Shown: positions 38,669 to 48,692 of the stretch, piece by piece | Position numbering within the stretch: position 1 is the stretch's first letter | Layout: every line of letters begins with the position of its first letter | DNA from: an uncultured Muribaculaceae bacterium | GTDB lineage: Bacteria; Bacteroidota; Bacteroidia; Bacteroidales; UBA932 | Direction of reading: 5' to 3' | Length of the DNA stretch: 64,000 bases | NCBI GenBank assembly: GCA_964571395.1 | Contig: CAZNBA010000001.1 | Span: forward strand, 91-64,090 | The notes under the pieces: model-generated | Told to the model about the DNA's origin: nothing | Databases searched by the model: none | What the model saw: the letters and a program-made list of their open reading frames with translations, nothing else | Program-made: the position numbers and the translations under genes

Positions 38669-40063
38669 ATGAGCGAATTTAAAAGAAGGTCCATAGCTGC
38701 GTTGCTTAAGGAAACGCCTGGACAAGAGGTGATTGTAAAGGGTTGGGTAAGAACAAAAAGAGGAAATAATAATGTAAATTTTATTGCTCTTAATGATGGT
38801 TCTACCGTTAATAATATGCAAATTGTATGTGAAACGGCCAATTTTGAGGAGGAGCTTTTGCGCTCGGTCACAACCGGTTCATGCCTGTGTGTTACAGGTA
38901 ATCTTGTTAATTCTATGGGAAAGGGACAGTCTGTTGAGGTGCAGGCCTCAAAGATTCTTGTCTATGGAACGGCAGACCCTGAGACTTATCCTCTGCAGAA
39001 GAAGGGCCACAGTATGGAGTTTCTGAGAGAAATTGCTCATTTGAGACCTCGTACAAACACATTCGGATGTGTTTTGAGATTGCGCCATGCTATGGCATTT
39101 GCGATTCATAAATATTTTAACGACAGAGGTTTTTATTACCTGAATACCCCTATCGTTACTGCTTCCGATTGTGAGGGAGCCGGTGAGATGTTTCAGGTTA
39201 CTACATTGGATATGAATAATATGCCAAGAACAAAGGAGGGGAAGATAGATTATTCTCAGGATTTCTTTGGACGTCAGACTTCTCTTACAGTGAGTGGTCA
39301 GCTTGAGGGGGAACTTGGCGCCATGGCATTGGGTAAGATTTATACCTTTGGCCCCACTTTCAGAGCCGAAAATTCCAATACTCCGCGTCACCTTGCAGAG
39401 TTCTGGATGATTGAGCCGGAGATGGCCTTTTATGAGATTGAAGACAACATGGATCTTGCCGAGGATTTTATCAAATATCTTGTTCAATATGCTTTGGATA
39501 ATAATATGGATGATCTCAAATTTTTGAATGATATGTTCGATAAGGAGTTGATAGCTCGTTTACAAGGAGTTATAAATACTGCTTTCCAAAGGCTTACTTA
39601 TACTGAGGGGGTGGAGATTTTGATGAAAAGCGGAGCAAAGTTTGAGTACCCTGTTTCATGGGGAGTGGACCTTCAGAGTGAGCACGAAAGATATCTTGTT
39701 GAGAAGCATTTTAAGAAGCCGGTTATCCTTACAGACTATCCTAAGGAGATTAAGGCCTTTTATATGAAGCAGAATGCCGACGGGAAGACCGTAAGGGGTA
39801 TGGATGTGCTTTTCCCAAAGATTGGAGAGATTATCGGAGGTTCGCAACGTGAGGAGAGTCTTGAAAAATTGCAGACGAGAATTGCCGAGTTGAATATGGA
39901 TACAAAGAATTTATGGTGGTACCTCGACACAAGAAGATTCGGTTCTGCTCCTCATAGCGGATTTGGTCTTGGCTTTGAACGTCTTCTTTTGTTTGTTACG
40001 GGTATGGCTAACATAAGAGATGTGATTCCTTTTCCTCGTACTCCAAAAACGGCTGAATTTTAG
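38669..40063 (+). CDS. asnS: Asparagine--tRNA ligase
   Basis: 464 aa. Class II motifs [21 protein letters not shown] and [12 protein letters not shown], plus an N-terminal OB fold [10 protein letters not shown]. Confidence 0.95.
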   Translation: MSEFKRRSIAALLKETPGQEVIVKGWVRTKRGNNNVNFIALNDGSTVNNMQIVCETANFEEELLRSVTTGSCLCVTGNLVNSMGKGQSVEVQASKILVYGTADPETYPLQKKGHSMEFLREIAHLRPRTNTFGCVLRLRHAMAFAIHKYFNDRGFYYLNTPIVTASDCEGAGEMFQVTTLDMNNMPRTKEGKIDYSQDFFGRQTSLTVSGQLEGELGAMALGKIYTFGPTFRAENSNTPRHLAEFWMIEPEMAFYEIEDNMDLAEDFIKYLVQYALDNNMDDLKFLNDMFDKELIARLQGVINTAFQRLTYTEGVEILMKSGAKFEYPVSWGVDLQSEHERYLVEKHFKKPVILTDYPKEIKAFYMKQNADGKTVRGMDVLFPKIGEIIGGSQREESLEKLQTRIAELNMDTKNLWWYLDTRRFGSAPHSGFGLGFERLLLFVTGMANIRDVIPFPRTPKTAEF

Positions 40064-40077
40064 TAAATAGACATAAT

Positions 40078-40704
40078 ATGCTCATTATCGGTATTGCAGG
40101 CGGAACTGGTTCCGGCAAAACTACTGTTGTAAACAAACTTGTAGCTCTTTTGAAAAAGGAGGATCTTGTTGTCATTCCTCAAGATTCTTACTATAAAGAC
40201 AGCAGCCATTTAACTCAGGAGGAGAAATTAAGACATAATTTTGATCATCCTGAGTCAATTGATTTTGATCTTCTTGTTAAGCAACTTTCGGAGCTAAAAA
40301 AAGGGAATGCCGTGGAACAGCCGGTTTATTCATATATTACATGTTCTCGTTCAAAAACTGAGACTGTGCATGTAAATCCTGCTCATATAATTATTGTTGA
40401 GGGAATTCTTATTTTTACTTGCGAACGTCTCAGAAAGATGCTTGATATTATGGTCTATGTGGATGCAGATGCCGATGATAGACTGGCCAGAGTGATATAT
40501 CGGGATACCAATGAAAGAGGTAAAAATGTTAATCAGGTGCTTGAGCGATATGAACGTACTGTGAAGCCGATGCATTTGCAATTTATTGAGCCGAGCAAGC
40601 GTTATGCAGATATTATTATCCCGCAAGGGGGGCATAATCAGGTGGCGATAGATATAATGTTTGCTACCATAGAGAAGGCGTTAAAGAATTCCGAGAAGAG
40701 ATAA
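40078..40704 (+). CDS. udk: Uridine kinase
   Basis: P-loop GIAGGTGSGKTT, FDHPESIDFDLL and VEGILIF. Confidence 0.9.
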   Translation: MLIIGIAGGTGSGKTTVVNKLVALLKKEDLVVIPQDSYYKDSSHLTQEEKLRHNFDHPESIDFDLLVKQLSELKKGNAVEQPVYSYITCSRSKTETVHVNPAHIIIVEGILIFTCERLRKMLDIMVYVDADADDRLARVIYRDTNERGKNVNQVLERYERTVKPMHLQFIEPSKRYADIIIPQGGHNQVAIDIMFATIEKALKNSEKR

Positions 40705-41423
40705 TGCTCACAAAGGAGAAAAAAATAGGAATTTACACTACTGTGATCTTCCATCTTGTCGCACTGATAATCTTTTTGGTTGTCAAAATTCATAATGTAG
40801 TAAGTACGGATAATACCTTTGTTCTGGATTTTTCTGGTCAGGAACAGTATGAGGCTCGGCAAAAACAGGAACAGGCGGAGCTACAGGCAACTCAGGAGAT
40901 TGAGAAGATGCTCTCCGGTAATGTTCCGGCTTCGGCTGCAAGGAATATTGCAGTAGATAGAAGTGGCGGAAGGGAGATCAGAAATGATAAGAATATGGGT
41001 CACGACAAGATTTTTGATGAAGCTCGTGATCTTCAGAATAAATTGGATGCCTCAAAAAAATCGGCAGACAAGGTTCAGACCGGAGGTACCGATGAGGTAC
41101 AATCGGGCGATGCAAGAGAGAATTCTGCGGCAAAGGCCTACAAAGGTCCCTCTGTTCTCTCGTATTCGTTGGATGGGAGAAAAGGATTGTATCTACCCGT
41201 ACCTGTATATAAATGTGTGGGCGGTGGAGATGTGAGTGTGAAGATAGTTGTAGACAGAAAGGGGTATGTGGTTGAGGCTCAGATTATAAAATCCGCTTCG
41301 GCGAGTGATCCATGTATATGCCGTTATGCTGTTGATGCTGCTAAACGTTCCAGATTTACTGCGTCATCTACAGCTACAGCAAAGCAGACCGGCTCAATAG
41401 TTTACAGGTTTATTGCGCAGTAA
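40704..41423 (+). CDS. TonB/TolA-like membrane protein (N-terminal TM, charged linker, TonB-C-like domain)
   Basis: TM helix IGIYTTVIFHLVALIIFLVV, a Q/E/K-rich linker and a C-terminal GGGDVSVKIVVDRKGYVVEAQIIKSASASD...AVDAAKRSRF resembling a TonB C-terminal domain. Its ATG overlaps the udk stop (TAATG). Confidence 0.5.
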   Translation: MLTKEKKIGIYTTVIFHLVALIIFLVVKIHNVVSTDNTFVLDFSGQEQYEARQKQEQAELQATQEIEKMLSGNVPASAARNIAVDRSGGREIRNDKNMGHDKIFDEARDLQNKLDASKKSADKVQTGGTDEVQSGDARENSAAKAYKGPSVLSYSLDGRKGLYLPVPVYKCVGGGDVSVKIVVDRKGYVVEAQIIKSASASDPCICRYAVDAAKRSRFTASSTATAKQTGSIVYRFIAQ

Positions 41424-41574
41424 TTTTTTATTTTAAGTGGCATTGTCTCTATTATTTATTACTTTTGTGTAAAAGTTGTTTTGATTCTTTGTTTTTCTCT
41501 CTTCATTAAGAGGAGGCGAATCTGTAAATTCTTATATTAGATTCAGAACGGCTTATAACTAAAACTTTTATGAA

Positions 41575-43227
41575 ATGAGGGGTCTTGTTTCCTATACTCT
41601 TCTGATTATATCATTATTATTGTTCTCGAGCGATGGTATAAATCCGCGCAGTGTGGCCAAAGAATTACAGTCGGGGGTGAGCAGGGTTATTGTGGTAAAG
41701 GGGGATGAGCAGTTTATTCCATTTGAGTATGTGAATGATAAGGGAGAACCCGACGGCTTTAATGTGGAACTTTTTAAGACTCTTATGAAGAGGCTTGGTT
41801 TTAAGTACACTTTAAAACTGGATGATTGGGATAAGGTACAGAAAGAACTTTCCTCCAAGAAGATAGATATGGTAATTGGGATGCTTTATTCTCAGGCGGG
41901 GGCAAAGAGTGTTCGTTTTGGTGTGCCTCACAGTATGATAAGTTATTGTGTGGTATCTCGTGATAATCGGGAATTTTTTAATCTTGGAGAACTTAAAGGT
42001 AAAAAGATTATAGTTCAGCGTAATGATAGAAGTTATGATTATGCTATTGAACATAAATTGACCTCTGATATTATACAGAGTAAGAGTATTGCAGAGGGAT
42101 TGAAACTTTTAAGTTCCGGAGTTGGAGATGCCTTTCTTTCCTTTGATATTACTGCTCTGTATTATATTAAGCAGTTGCGTTTGGGAAATCTGATTGTTCA
42201 CAGGCTTGATATTCCGGAGGAGAGATACTCATTTGCGGTAAATACCGATAATGAAGAGTTGTTGTATATTCTTAATTTGGGTATGCAGCAAATGAAGATT
42301 GACGGTGAGTACGATAAGATTTATTATAAATGGTTCGGCATTTACGAAAAGGCGGTTATGCCTTTGTATATAAAGATTATAATAGGTGTTGTATTTCTTA
42401 CTGTTATTATAAGTCTTCTCTTTATTTTGCTTTTGCGGACAAGAGTAAGAAAGGCTACTGCTGATTTAAGAGGAAAGAATGAGGAGCAGTTGGTACTGCT
42501 TGATGAGTTGAAGGTTGCAAAACTTAAAGCTGAGGAGAGTGACAGACTTAAGAGTGCCTTTCTTGCCAATATGAGCCATGAGATACGTACTCCTTTGAAT
42601 GCTGTTGTTGGATTTTCAAATCTTATGTGTGCGGAGGAGTGTACTTTAGAGGAGTCGGTTGCATATAAGGAGATTATCAAAGTTAACAGCAATATGTTGC
42701 TTAAACTTGTAAATGATATCTTGGATCTTTCCAAGATTGAGTCTGGAACGTTGGCATTGAATATGAGGAGAGTTGATATCAAAACTATTTGCAATAATGT
42801 ATATGCTTCTGTGTGTTGTGGAAGAGAGGAGGATGGGAATGTCGAGGTAATTGAAAAGATTTCATTTAATTGTATAGTAAATACTGATTCTGAACGTATC
42901 AGCCAGGTAATTACTAATTTTATGAATAATGCGCTGAAGTTTACAAAACGGGGTAAAATTGTAATCTCTGCTATTCGTTATGATGAGGTTACAGTTGAAG
43001 TAGCTGTTTCCGACACCGGTAATGGAATTCCTGCGGAGGAACTTACAAATATTTTCCAGCGGTTTACTAAACTCGATTCCTTTGCACAGGGGTCTGGAAT
43101 TGGTTTGGCAATATCAAAAAGTATAATAGAGATGCTTGGTGGAGAGATAGGCGTTGAATCGGAAATTGGCAAAGGCTCAAAGTTCTGGTTCAGATTGCCT
43201 ATTTTCAGCCTTTTAAGTAACGATTAA
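41575..43227 (+). CDS. Sensor histidine kinase with periplasmic solute-binding (SBP family 3-like) domain
   Basis: An N-terminal ~230-aa segment like an amino-acid-binding protein, a TM helix, HisKA H-box FLANMSHEIRTPLNAV, and HATPase blocks NNALKFT, DTGNGIP and GSGIGLAISK. Confidence 0.8.
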   Translation: MRGLVSYTLLIISLLLFSSDGINPRSVAKELQSGVSRVIVVKGDEQFIPFEYVNDKGEPDGFNVELFKTLMKRLGFKYTLKLDDWDKVQKELSSKKIDMVIGMLYSQAGAKSVRFGVPHSMISYCVVSRDNREFFNLGELKGKKIIVQRNDRSYDYAIEHKLTSDIIQSKSIAEGLKLLSSGVGDAFLSFDITALYYIKQLRLGNLIVHRLDIPEERYSFAVNTDNEELLYILNLGMQQMKIDGEYDKIYYKWFGIYEKAVMPLYIKIIIGVVFLTVIISLLFILLLRTRVRKATADLRGKNEEQLVLLDELKVAKLKAEESDRLKSAFLANMSHEIRTPLNAVVGFSNLMCAEECTLEESVAYKEIIKVNSNMLLKLVNDILDLSKIESGTLALNMRRVDIKTICNNVYASVCCGREEDGNVEVIEKISFNCIVNTDSERISQVITNFMNNALKFTKRGKIVISAIRYDEVTVEVAVSDTGNGIPAEELTNIFQRFTKLDSFAQGSGIGLAISKSIIEMLGGEIGVESEIGKGSKFWFRLPIFSLLSND

Positions 43228-43239
43228 TATTTTATATTT

Positions 43240-44265
43240 ATGAGCAGACGTATTTTAATAACAGGAGCTACCGGTTATATAGGGTCGCATACAATAGTAG
43301 AATTATTGAATGCCGGATATGAAGTAACAGGTGTGGATAATTTTTCAAATTCAAACAGGGATGTGTTGTCGGGTATTAAGAAGATAACAGGAAGAAGCAT
43401 AGATTTTATTGAGGCAGATTGTGCCGATTATAATGCCTTCTCCAAAGTTTTTGAGAAGTATCCCGACATTGAAGGAGTAATACATTTTGCTGCCTCAAAG
43501 GCTGTGGGAGAGAGCGTTGCAAAGCCGCTCCTCTATTTTAACAATAATCTTAAGAGTCTTCTGAACCTTATAGGATTAATGATGGAGCATGGAAAGGCTG
43601 CAAATATTGTCTTCTCCTCCTCCTGCACGGTTTACGGGCAGCCCGCAAAGGAAAATCTTCCTATTTGCGAGGAGGCACCACTTCAGCCGGCAACATCACC
43701 TTATGGTCGCACAAAGCAGATGGCTGAGGATATTCTCGAGGATTGTGTGAAGGCATATCCAAAGCTGAATGTTACTCTTTTGAGATATTTCAATCCGATT
43801 GGAGCGCATCCTTCGGCCTTTATTGGCGAGTTGCCAAATGGTGTTCCTCAGAATCTCATACCATTTATTACTCAGACTGCTGCAGGAGTTAGGGAATGTT
43901 TGAGTGTCTTTGGTGATGATTACGGTACTCCTGACGGCTCCTGCATTAGAGATTATATTTATGTTGTTGATCTGGCAAAGGCGCATGTAAAAGCTATAGA
44001 CAGATTGCTCGAAAAGGGTGAGCGTCTGGAGATTTTCAATCTCGGAACAGGACGCGGGATGTCTGTCTTGGAACTTATTAATGCTTTTATCAAGGCTACT
44101 GGAGTGAAATTAAATTATAAAATAGTTGGAAGAAGGGCCGGAGATGTTGAACAAGTGTGGGCAGATCCCACAAAAGCCAATAAAGTATTGGGCTGGAAGT
44201 CAGAGACCCCTATAGAGGAAGTACTTGCTTCCGCCTGGAAATGGCAGCAACAATTATTAAAGTAA
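43240..44265 (+). CDS. galE: UDP-glucose 4-epimerase
   Basis: GATGYIGSH, SSSCTVYG, YGRTKQ and the overall GalE pattern. Confidence 0.95.
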   Translation: MSRRILITGATGYIGSHTIVELLNAGYEVTGVDNFSNSNRDVLSGIKKITGRSIDFIEADCADYNAFSKVFEKYPDIEGVIHFAASKAVGESVAKPLLYFNNNLKSLLNLIGLMMEHGKAANIVFSSSCTVYGQPAKENLPICEEAPLQPATSPYGRTKQMAEDILEDCVKAYPKLNVTLLRYFNPIGAHPSAFIGELPNGVPQNLIPFITQTAAGVRECLSVFGDDYGTPDGSCIRDYIYVVDLAKAHVKAIDRLLEKGERLEIFNLGTGRGMSVLELINAFIKATGVKLNYKIVGRRAGDVEQVWADPTKANKVLGWKSETPIEEVLASAWKWQQQLLK

Positions 44266-45975
44266 TTTTTCTCTTCCCTTATCGATGCGTTTGAGTGTTT
44301 CGGCTTTGCCGATATAGAATATGATATCGGCAATTCCGAGTCCTTTGGCCTCTCCTACGAAGAATAATCTGAGAGTGTTCATTACTGCTCCCATTTTCCA
44401 TTCGCGTTCATGAATGAGTTCCGTAAGAGCATTCTCTATCTTCTCCAAATTCTCTTTACTTGCCGTTTCGAGTGCCTCTCCCTCCAGACCTTGCGCGATT
44501 AACATTGCGAGAGATTTGAAGTTGAGGTTTTTCAGCAACTCTATGACACAGTTCATTGCCGGTTTTATCTCAGGTACACAAAACTTTTTGACATCCTTCT
44601 CGTTAAACTCCTGAGGGGCAATAAAGAAATAGTGGCTTATTTCCCAAAAATCCTTTACGAAGTGAGCGCGTTCCTTGATTAGGGTGCACAGCAATGTAAA
44701 ATACTGTAGTATATGCTTGCGGTCTATCGGTGTGGAATTGTCAGTCTCTTTAGCCGATAAGGTCTCTTTGAATAGTTCTGAGGCTATATCATTTGCCGAG
44801 AGAGGAATAACTCCCTTTTCGTTCTCTTCCGTTATGTATTTGATAAATTCCTCTGCAAGTTCTCCATAGCTTTTTTTGCGGAGATATTGTTCATTAAACC
44901 ATTTAGCCTTTTCCGGATTGAATTTTGCTCCCGATTTGATGACTCTTTCAAGAGAGAAGTCCTTGATAAGCTCGTCAAGAGTAAAGAGTTCCTGTTCTGT
45001 TCCTGGATTCCATCCGAGCAGTGCAAGCATATTAATGAAAGCCTCAGGGTAGTAACCGTCCTCTCTGTATCCTCTTGAAATCTCTCCCTCCTGGTTTACC
45101 CATTTCAGAGGGAATACCGGAAATCCGAGCCTATCTCCATCTCTTTTGCTTAATTTACCCTTTCCATCCGGTTTAAGAAGCAGGGACAGGTGTGCGAAAC
45201 GCGGCTGCGTCTCCTGCCATTCAAATGCTTCGTAAAGCAAATAGTGGAGCGGGAGAGAAGGTAACCATTCCTCACCTCGAATAACCTCCGTTATCTTCAT
45301 TAGATGATCATCCACAATATTGGCAAGATGATAGGTAGGCAGTTCATCTGCTGCTTTCCACAGAACCTTGTCATCTATGGTGTTGGTGTTTATCTCTATG
45401 TGCCCCCTGATAAGATCCTCCATCTTTACTATCCTGTTTTCTGGCGTTTTGAATCGGATAGTCCAATTGTTAGTACTTTTCAGCAAATGTTCCACCTCAT
45501 CGGCTCCGAGCGAAAGAGAGTTTTTCAACTCTTTTCTCGTGATGTAATTATAGATGAAAGTGGATTTGTTTGCCTCTGCGGCAGCTCTTTTGGCGTTAAG
45601 CTCCTCAGAGGAGTCGAAAGCGTAATAGGCAAATCCCTTGCTTACAAGCTCTTCTGCATATTGTCTATATATCGGTTTCCTTTCCGATTGTCTGTATGGA
45701 GCATATGGGTGTTTCTCGGAGGTCGTTTTTATAATATTTCCCTCTTTATCAACCCCTTCGTCAGGATAGATGCCGCACCATTTGAGCGATTCGATGATAT
45801 AAGCTTCTGCTCCAGGTACGAACCGTTGTGAATCCGTATCTTCTATGCGTAGTATGAAGTCCCCTCCATTTTGTTTAGCATACAAATAGTTATATAATGC
45901 AGTCCTTACTCCTCCCATATGAAGAGGGCCTGTAGGACTTGGCGCAAAGCGTACACGTGTTTTCTTATCGCTCAT
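44257..45975 (-). CDS. gltX: Glutamate--tRNA ligase (unusually long, 572 aa)
   Basis: RFAPSPTGPLHMGG (HIGH-type) and KLSKR (KMSKS-type) motifs. Its 3' end overlaps the galE 3' end by 9 nt. Confidence 0.9.
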   Translation of the reverse strand: MSDKKTRVRFAPSPTGPLHMGGVRTALYNYLYAKQNGGDFILRIEDTDSQRFVPGAEAYIIESLKWCGIYPDEGVDKEGNIIKTTSEKHPYAPYRQSERKPIYRQYAEELVSKGFAYYAFDSSEELNAKRAAAEANKSTFIYNYITRKELKNSLSLGADEVEHLLKSTNNWTIRFKTPENRIVKMEDLIRGHIEINTNTIDDKVLWKAADELPTYHLANIVDDHLMKITEVIRGEEWLPSLPLHYLLYEAFEWQETQPRFAHLSLLLKPDGKGKLSKRDGDRLGFPVFPLKWVNQEGEISRGYREDGYYPEAFINMLALLGWNPGTEQELFTLDELIKDFSLERVIKSGAKFNPEKAKWFNEQYLRKKSYGELAEEFIKYITEENEKGVIPLSANDIASELFKETLSAKETDNSTPIDRKHILQYFTLLCTLIKERAHFVKDFWEISHYFFIAPQEFNEKDVKKFCVPEIKPAMNCVIELLKNLNFKSLAMLIAQGLEGEALETASKENLEKIENALTELIHEREWKMGAVMNTLRLFFVGEAKGLGIADIIFYIGKAETLKRIDKGREKLL

Positions 45976-45994
45976 ATTAATTGGTTTTAAGGTG

Positions 45995-46002
45995 CAAATA
46001 TA
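45995..46002 (-). promoter_or_regulatory. -7 promoter box for gltX
   Basis: Plus strand CAAATATA equals minus strand TATATTTG, 20 nt upstream of ATG 45975, in the 39-nt gap after ftsZ. Confidence 0.45.
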
Positions 46003-46014
46003 ATAAATGTACCT

Positions 46015-47313
46015 TTAATCCTGTGTTTTATGTATGAAGGAGTTCTCTTCTGATAGAGTTGTTTTTCCCTCCGTATCATCAATTTTAAATTGGCTGATCG
46101 GCTGTTGCTGCTCACTCTTTTGCCTTTGTTTTGCGAGCTCCTTGCTTCTTCTTATATAGGCCGGTTCACGCTCAAGTTCTGCAATGTTACCCTCTATCAT
46201 AACCGGTTTCCCCAGAGGCTTAATGTAGGAGGGAGCCAGTTCTGGAATCTCCTCCAGTTCGCTTCTTCCAGGTTCAACTACTTTTATCTCGTTGTTGAAA
46301 GAGTCATCATCTTCTATCTCTGGAAGTGCGTTTGTATCGAATCCGGTTGCAATTATGGTAACACTTATCTTTTTTCCCATCTTTTCGTTAACAACAAGGC
46401 CTCTCTTAAACTTGTCCGGTTCTCCGGTATAGTTGTTCACATAGTCCATAATCTGCTGCAACTCGGTTACGGTAAGCCCTCCGTCCTCTTTGCCGGAGGT
46501 AATATTTACAACAACACCTTTAGCTGTTCTCAAATCGCAATCATTCAGAAGAGGTGAGAGGAAGGCCTGCTCAACAGCCTTTGTTGCCCTGTCCGGTCCC
46601 TCTGCGGTTCCTATTCCCATCATTGCCATTCCTCCGTTCTCCATTATCTTTCTTACGTCTGCGAAATCCACATTCATCAGTCCGGGTATATTTATAAACT
46701 CGGTAATGCTTCTGATTGCAGTACTCAATACAAAATCAACCTTATGAAAAGCCTCCTCTACATTGAGCCCGCTGTATAGCTGATAGATCTTTTGATTGTC
46801 AACTATCAACAGACTGTCGACATACTTTTGTAACTCTTTTATTCCCTTGAGAGCTCTTCTGAGAAATTCTCTCCCTTCATCTCTGAATGGCAGCGTAACA
46901 ACTCCTACGGTGAGGAGTTTCATCTCCTTGGCGAGTCGGGCTATTACAGGTGTTGCTCCTGTGCCTGTTCCTCCGCCCATTCCGGCTGTGATGAATACCA
47001 TTTTGGTATTACCTGAGAGAGCCTTTCTTATCTCATCAATAGATTCGTTTGCCGCGTGCTCTCCCTTTTCCGGGGTAAATCCTGCTCCTAGACCCTGAGT
47101 TACATTGTTTCCAAGTCTGATCTTATCTGGAACATCGCTTATTCTGAGAGATTGAACATCGGTATTGCAGATAAGGAAATCTACATCTCTGATGCCCTCT
47201 CTGTACATTTCGTTGACGGCATTGCATCCTCCTCCGCCCACTCCTATGACCTTGATGATAGCCTGACTGACAGACCATCCTTCTGGAATTATCATATTAC
47301 CAAAATCTTCCAT
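46015..47313 (-). CDS. ftsZ: Cell division protein FtsZ
   Basis: IGVGGGGCNAV and GMGGGTGTGATPV tubulin signature. Confidence 0.97.
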   Translation of the reverse strand: MEDFGNMIIPEGWSVSQAIIKVIGVGGGGCNAVNEMYREGIRDVDFLICNTDVQSLRISDVPDKIRLGNNVTQGLGAGFTPEKGEHAANESIDEIRKALSGNTKMVFITAGMGGGTGTGATPVIARLAKEMKLLTVGVVTLPFRDEGREFLRRALKGIKELQKYVDSLLIVDNQKIYQLYSGLNVEEAFHKVDFVLSTAIRSITEFINIPGLMNVDFADVRKIMENGGMAMMGIGTAEGPDRATKAVEQAFLSPLLNDCDLRTAKGVVVNITSGKEDGGLTVTELQQIMDYVNNYTGEPDKFKRGLVVNEKMGKKISVTIIATGFDTNALPEIEDDDSFNNEIKVVEPGRSELEEIPELAPSYIKPLGKPVMIEGNIAELEREPAYIRRSKELAKQRQKSEQQQPISQFKIDDTEGKTTLSEENSFIHKTQD

Positions 47314-47315
47314 AA

Positions 47316-48692
47316 TTATGCCTGATTATCTTGTTTAAATATGGCGTCCGAATTCAGTGATGAGATTATCTTTTTAATGTTGAATAATCCCTTCTTCTTT
47401 TTATGCTCTTCACTCTTTTCCTGAAGCTGACTCTCTGGAGTTTCAATACTTACGGTCTCAGTCTCCTCTTCTGGCTGTTTCTCCTTTGTAAACAGATCCT
47501 GTTTATAATCTATCGGGACGGTAGTCTCATAGGTTGCTCCTTCGTTCTCCATCTTTTCGAATCCTTTTAGAATAAGTCCTACTGCCGTAGAAAGTTCCGG
47601 TGTACGTACCTCCTGCATTGAATCCTCTGTAATTGAAAGGTCCGGCTGTGCAGTTCTTGCCTCAAGTCCTGTAATAAGGTTAGTCCTTGCTGAAAGGTGG
47701 AGTATTTTTGCTGTTCCGCCGGTAAGCACTATTCCTGCCTTTATCATTCTCTTGTACCCGGAGCGTTCAATTTCATAATCAACAGCTTCGAGAATCTCGG
47801 TTACTCTTGCTTCAATTATCTTTGAGAGAAATTTCAAAGAAATTTCCTTTGATTCTCTTCCTGAAAGTCCTGGTATTATTACGCTCTTGTTTGCGGGGAC
47901 ATAGGCACTATAGCATGAACCATGATTTATTTTAAGCTCTTCGGCCTGCTTTGTGGAGATACCGCATCCGACTCTTATATCCTCTGTTATTGAGTTACCT
48001 CCAAAAGGAATTACGGCTGCGTGACGAATTATATTATTCTCCATTACAAGAAGATCTGTTGTACCTCCTCCTATGTCTACCATTGCTACGCCAACCTCCA
48101 TCTCCTCTTCACTCAATATTGCCTTTGCGGAGGCAAGTGGTTCGAGAATAAGTTCTTTGAGTTTTAGTCCGGATCTGGTTATTACATTATTGCTGTATTG
48201 TGCCGAATTGCTTCTCCCGATAAAGAGTTTGAAATTTGCGCTTATCTCTCTTCCTATCATTCCGATAGGTTCTGTAATACCCATAAAATCATCTATATTG
48301 TATGATTGCGGGATAACATGAAGGACTTTCTCTCCACTCTGAACGAATGTGCCGTACATATCCAATGTCATATTATCTATCTCCTCTTTGGTGATTAGTT
48401 CGTTTGAGTCCTTTCGGTTTGCCTGGCTCGATTTGGTTTCACATCTGATGTTTTGTCCGGCTATTCCTACAAACACCTCTTTTATCGTGTGTCCTATTGC
48501 CTTCTCAACATCTTGTATGGCCGGTACCATTGTGTTGAGGACCTGCTGGATGTTAATTACCTCTCCTCTGAGTATACCTTTGGAGGGCACCTGTTTGACA
48601 CCTATTATTTTGGTTCCTTGCGGGGTCTTCTCGCCTACAATACATACTATTTTTGTAGTACCGAGATCAATTGCTGCGATCAGTTTCTTCAT
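47316..48692 (-). CDS. ftsA: Cell division protein FtsA
   Basis: Actin-like fold DLGTTKIVCIVG and VDIGGGTTDL, with a C-terminal amphipathic tail. Confidence 0.95.
   Translation of the reverse strand: MKKLIAAIDLGTTKIVCIVGEKTPQGTKIIGVKQVPSKGILRGEVINIQQVLNTMVPAIQDVEKAIGHTIKEVFVGIAGQNIRCETKSSQANRKDSNELITKEEIDNMTLDMYGTFVQSGEKVLHVIPQSYNIDDFMGITEPIGMIGREISANFKLFIGRSNSAQYSNNVITRSGLKLKELILEPLASAKAILSEEEMEVGVAMVDIGGGTTDLLVMENNIIRHAAVIPFGGNSITEDIRVGCGISTKQAEELKINHGSCYSAYVPANKSVIIPGLSGRESKEISLKFLSKIIEARVTEILEAVDYEIERSGYKRMIKAGIVLTGGTAKILHLSARTNLITGLEARTAQPDLSITEDSMQEVRTPELSTAVGLILKGFEKMENEGATYETTVPIDYKQDLFTKEKQPEEETETVSIETPESQLQEKSEEHKKKKGLFNIKKIISSLNSDAIFKQDNQA

Noticed and set aside
45304-45831. 175-aa plus-strand ORF antisense to gltX. 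Similar 130-180-aa antisense ORFs occur at 38948-39487, 48349-48852, 46090-46557, 50527-50985, 42342-42794, 35210-35656, 20040-20474, 14736-15158 and 11177-11575.
   Set aside because: All lie inside well-supported conserved genes. Those I checked (45304-45831 and 38948-39487) share the in-phase antisense frame with the gene they overlap. Their composition is biased, and I recognise no motifs.
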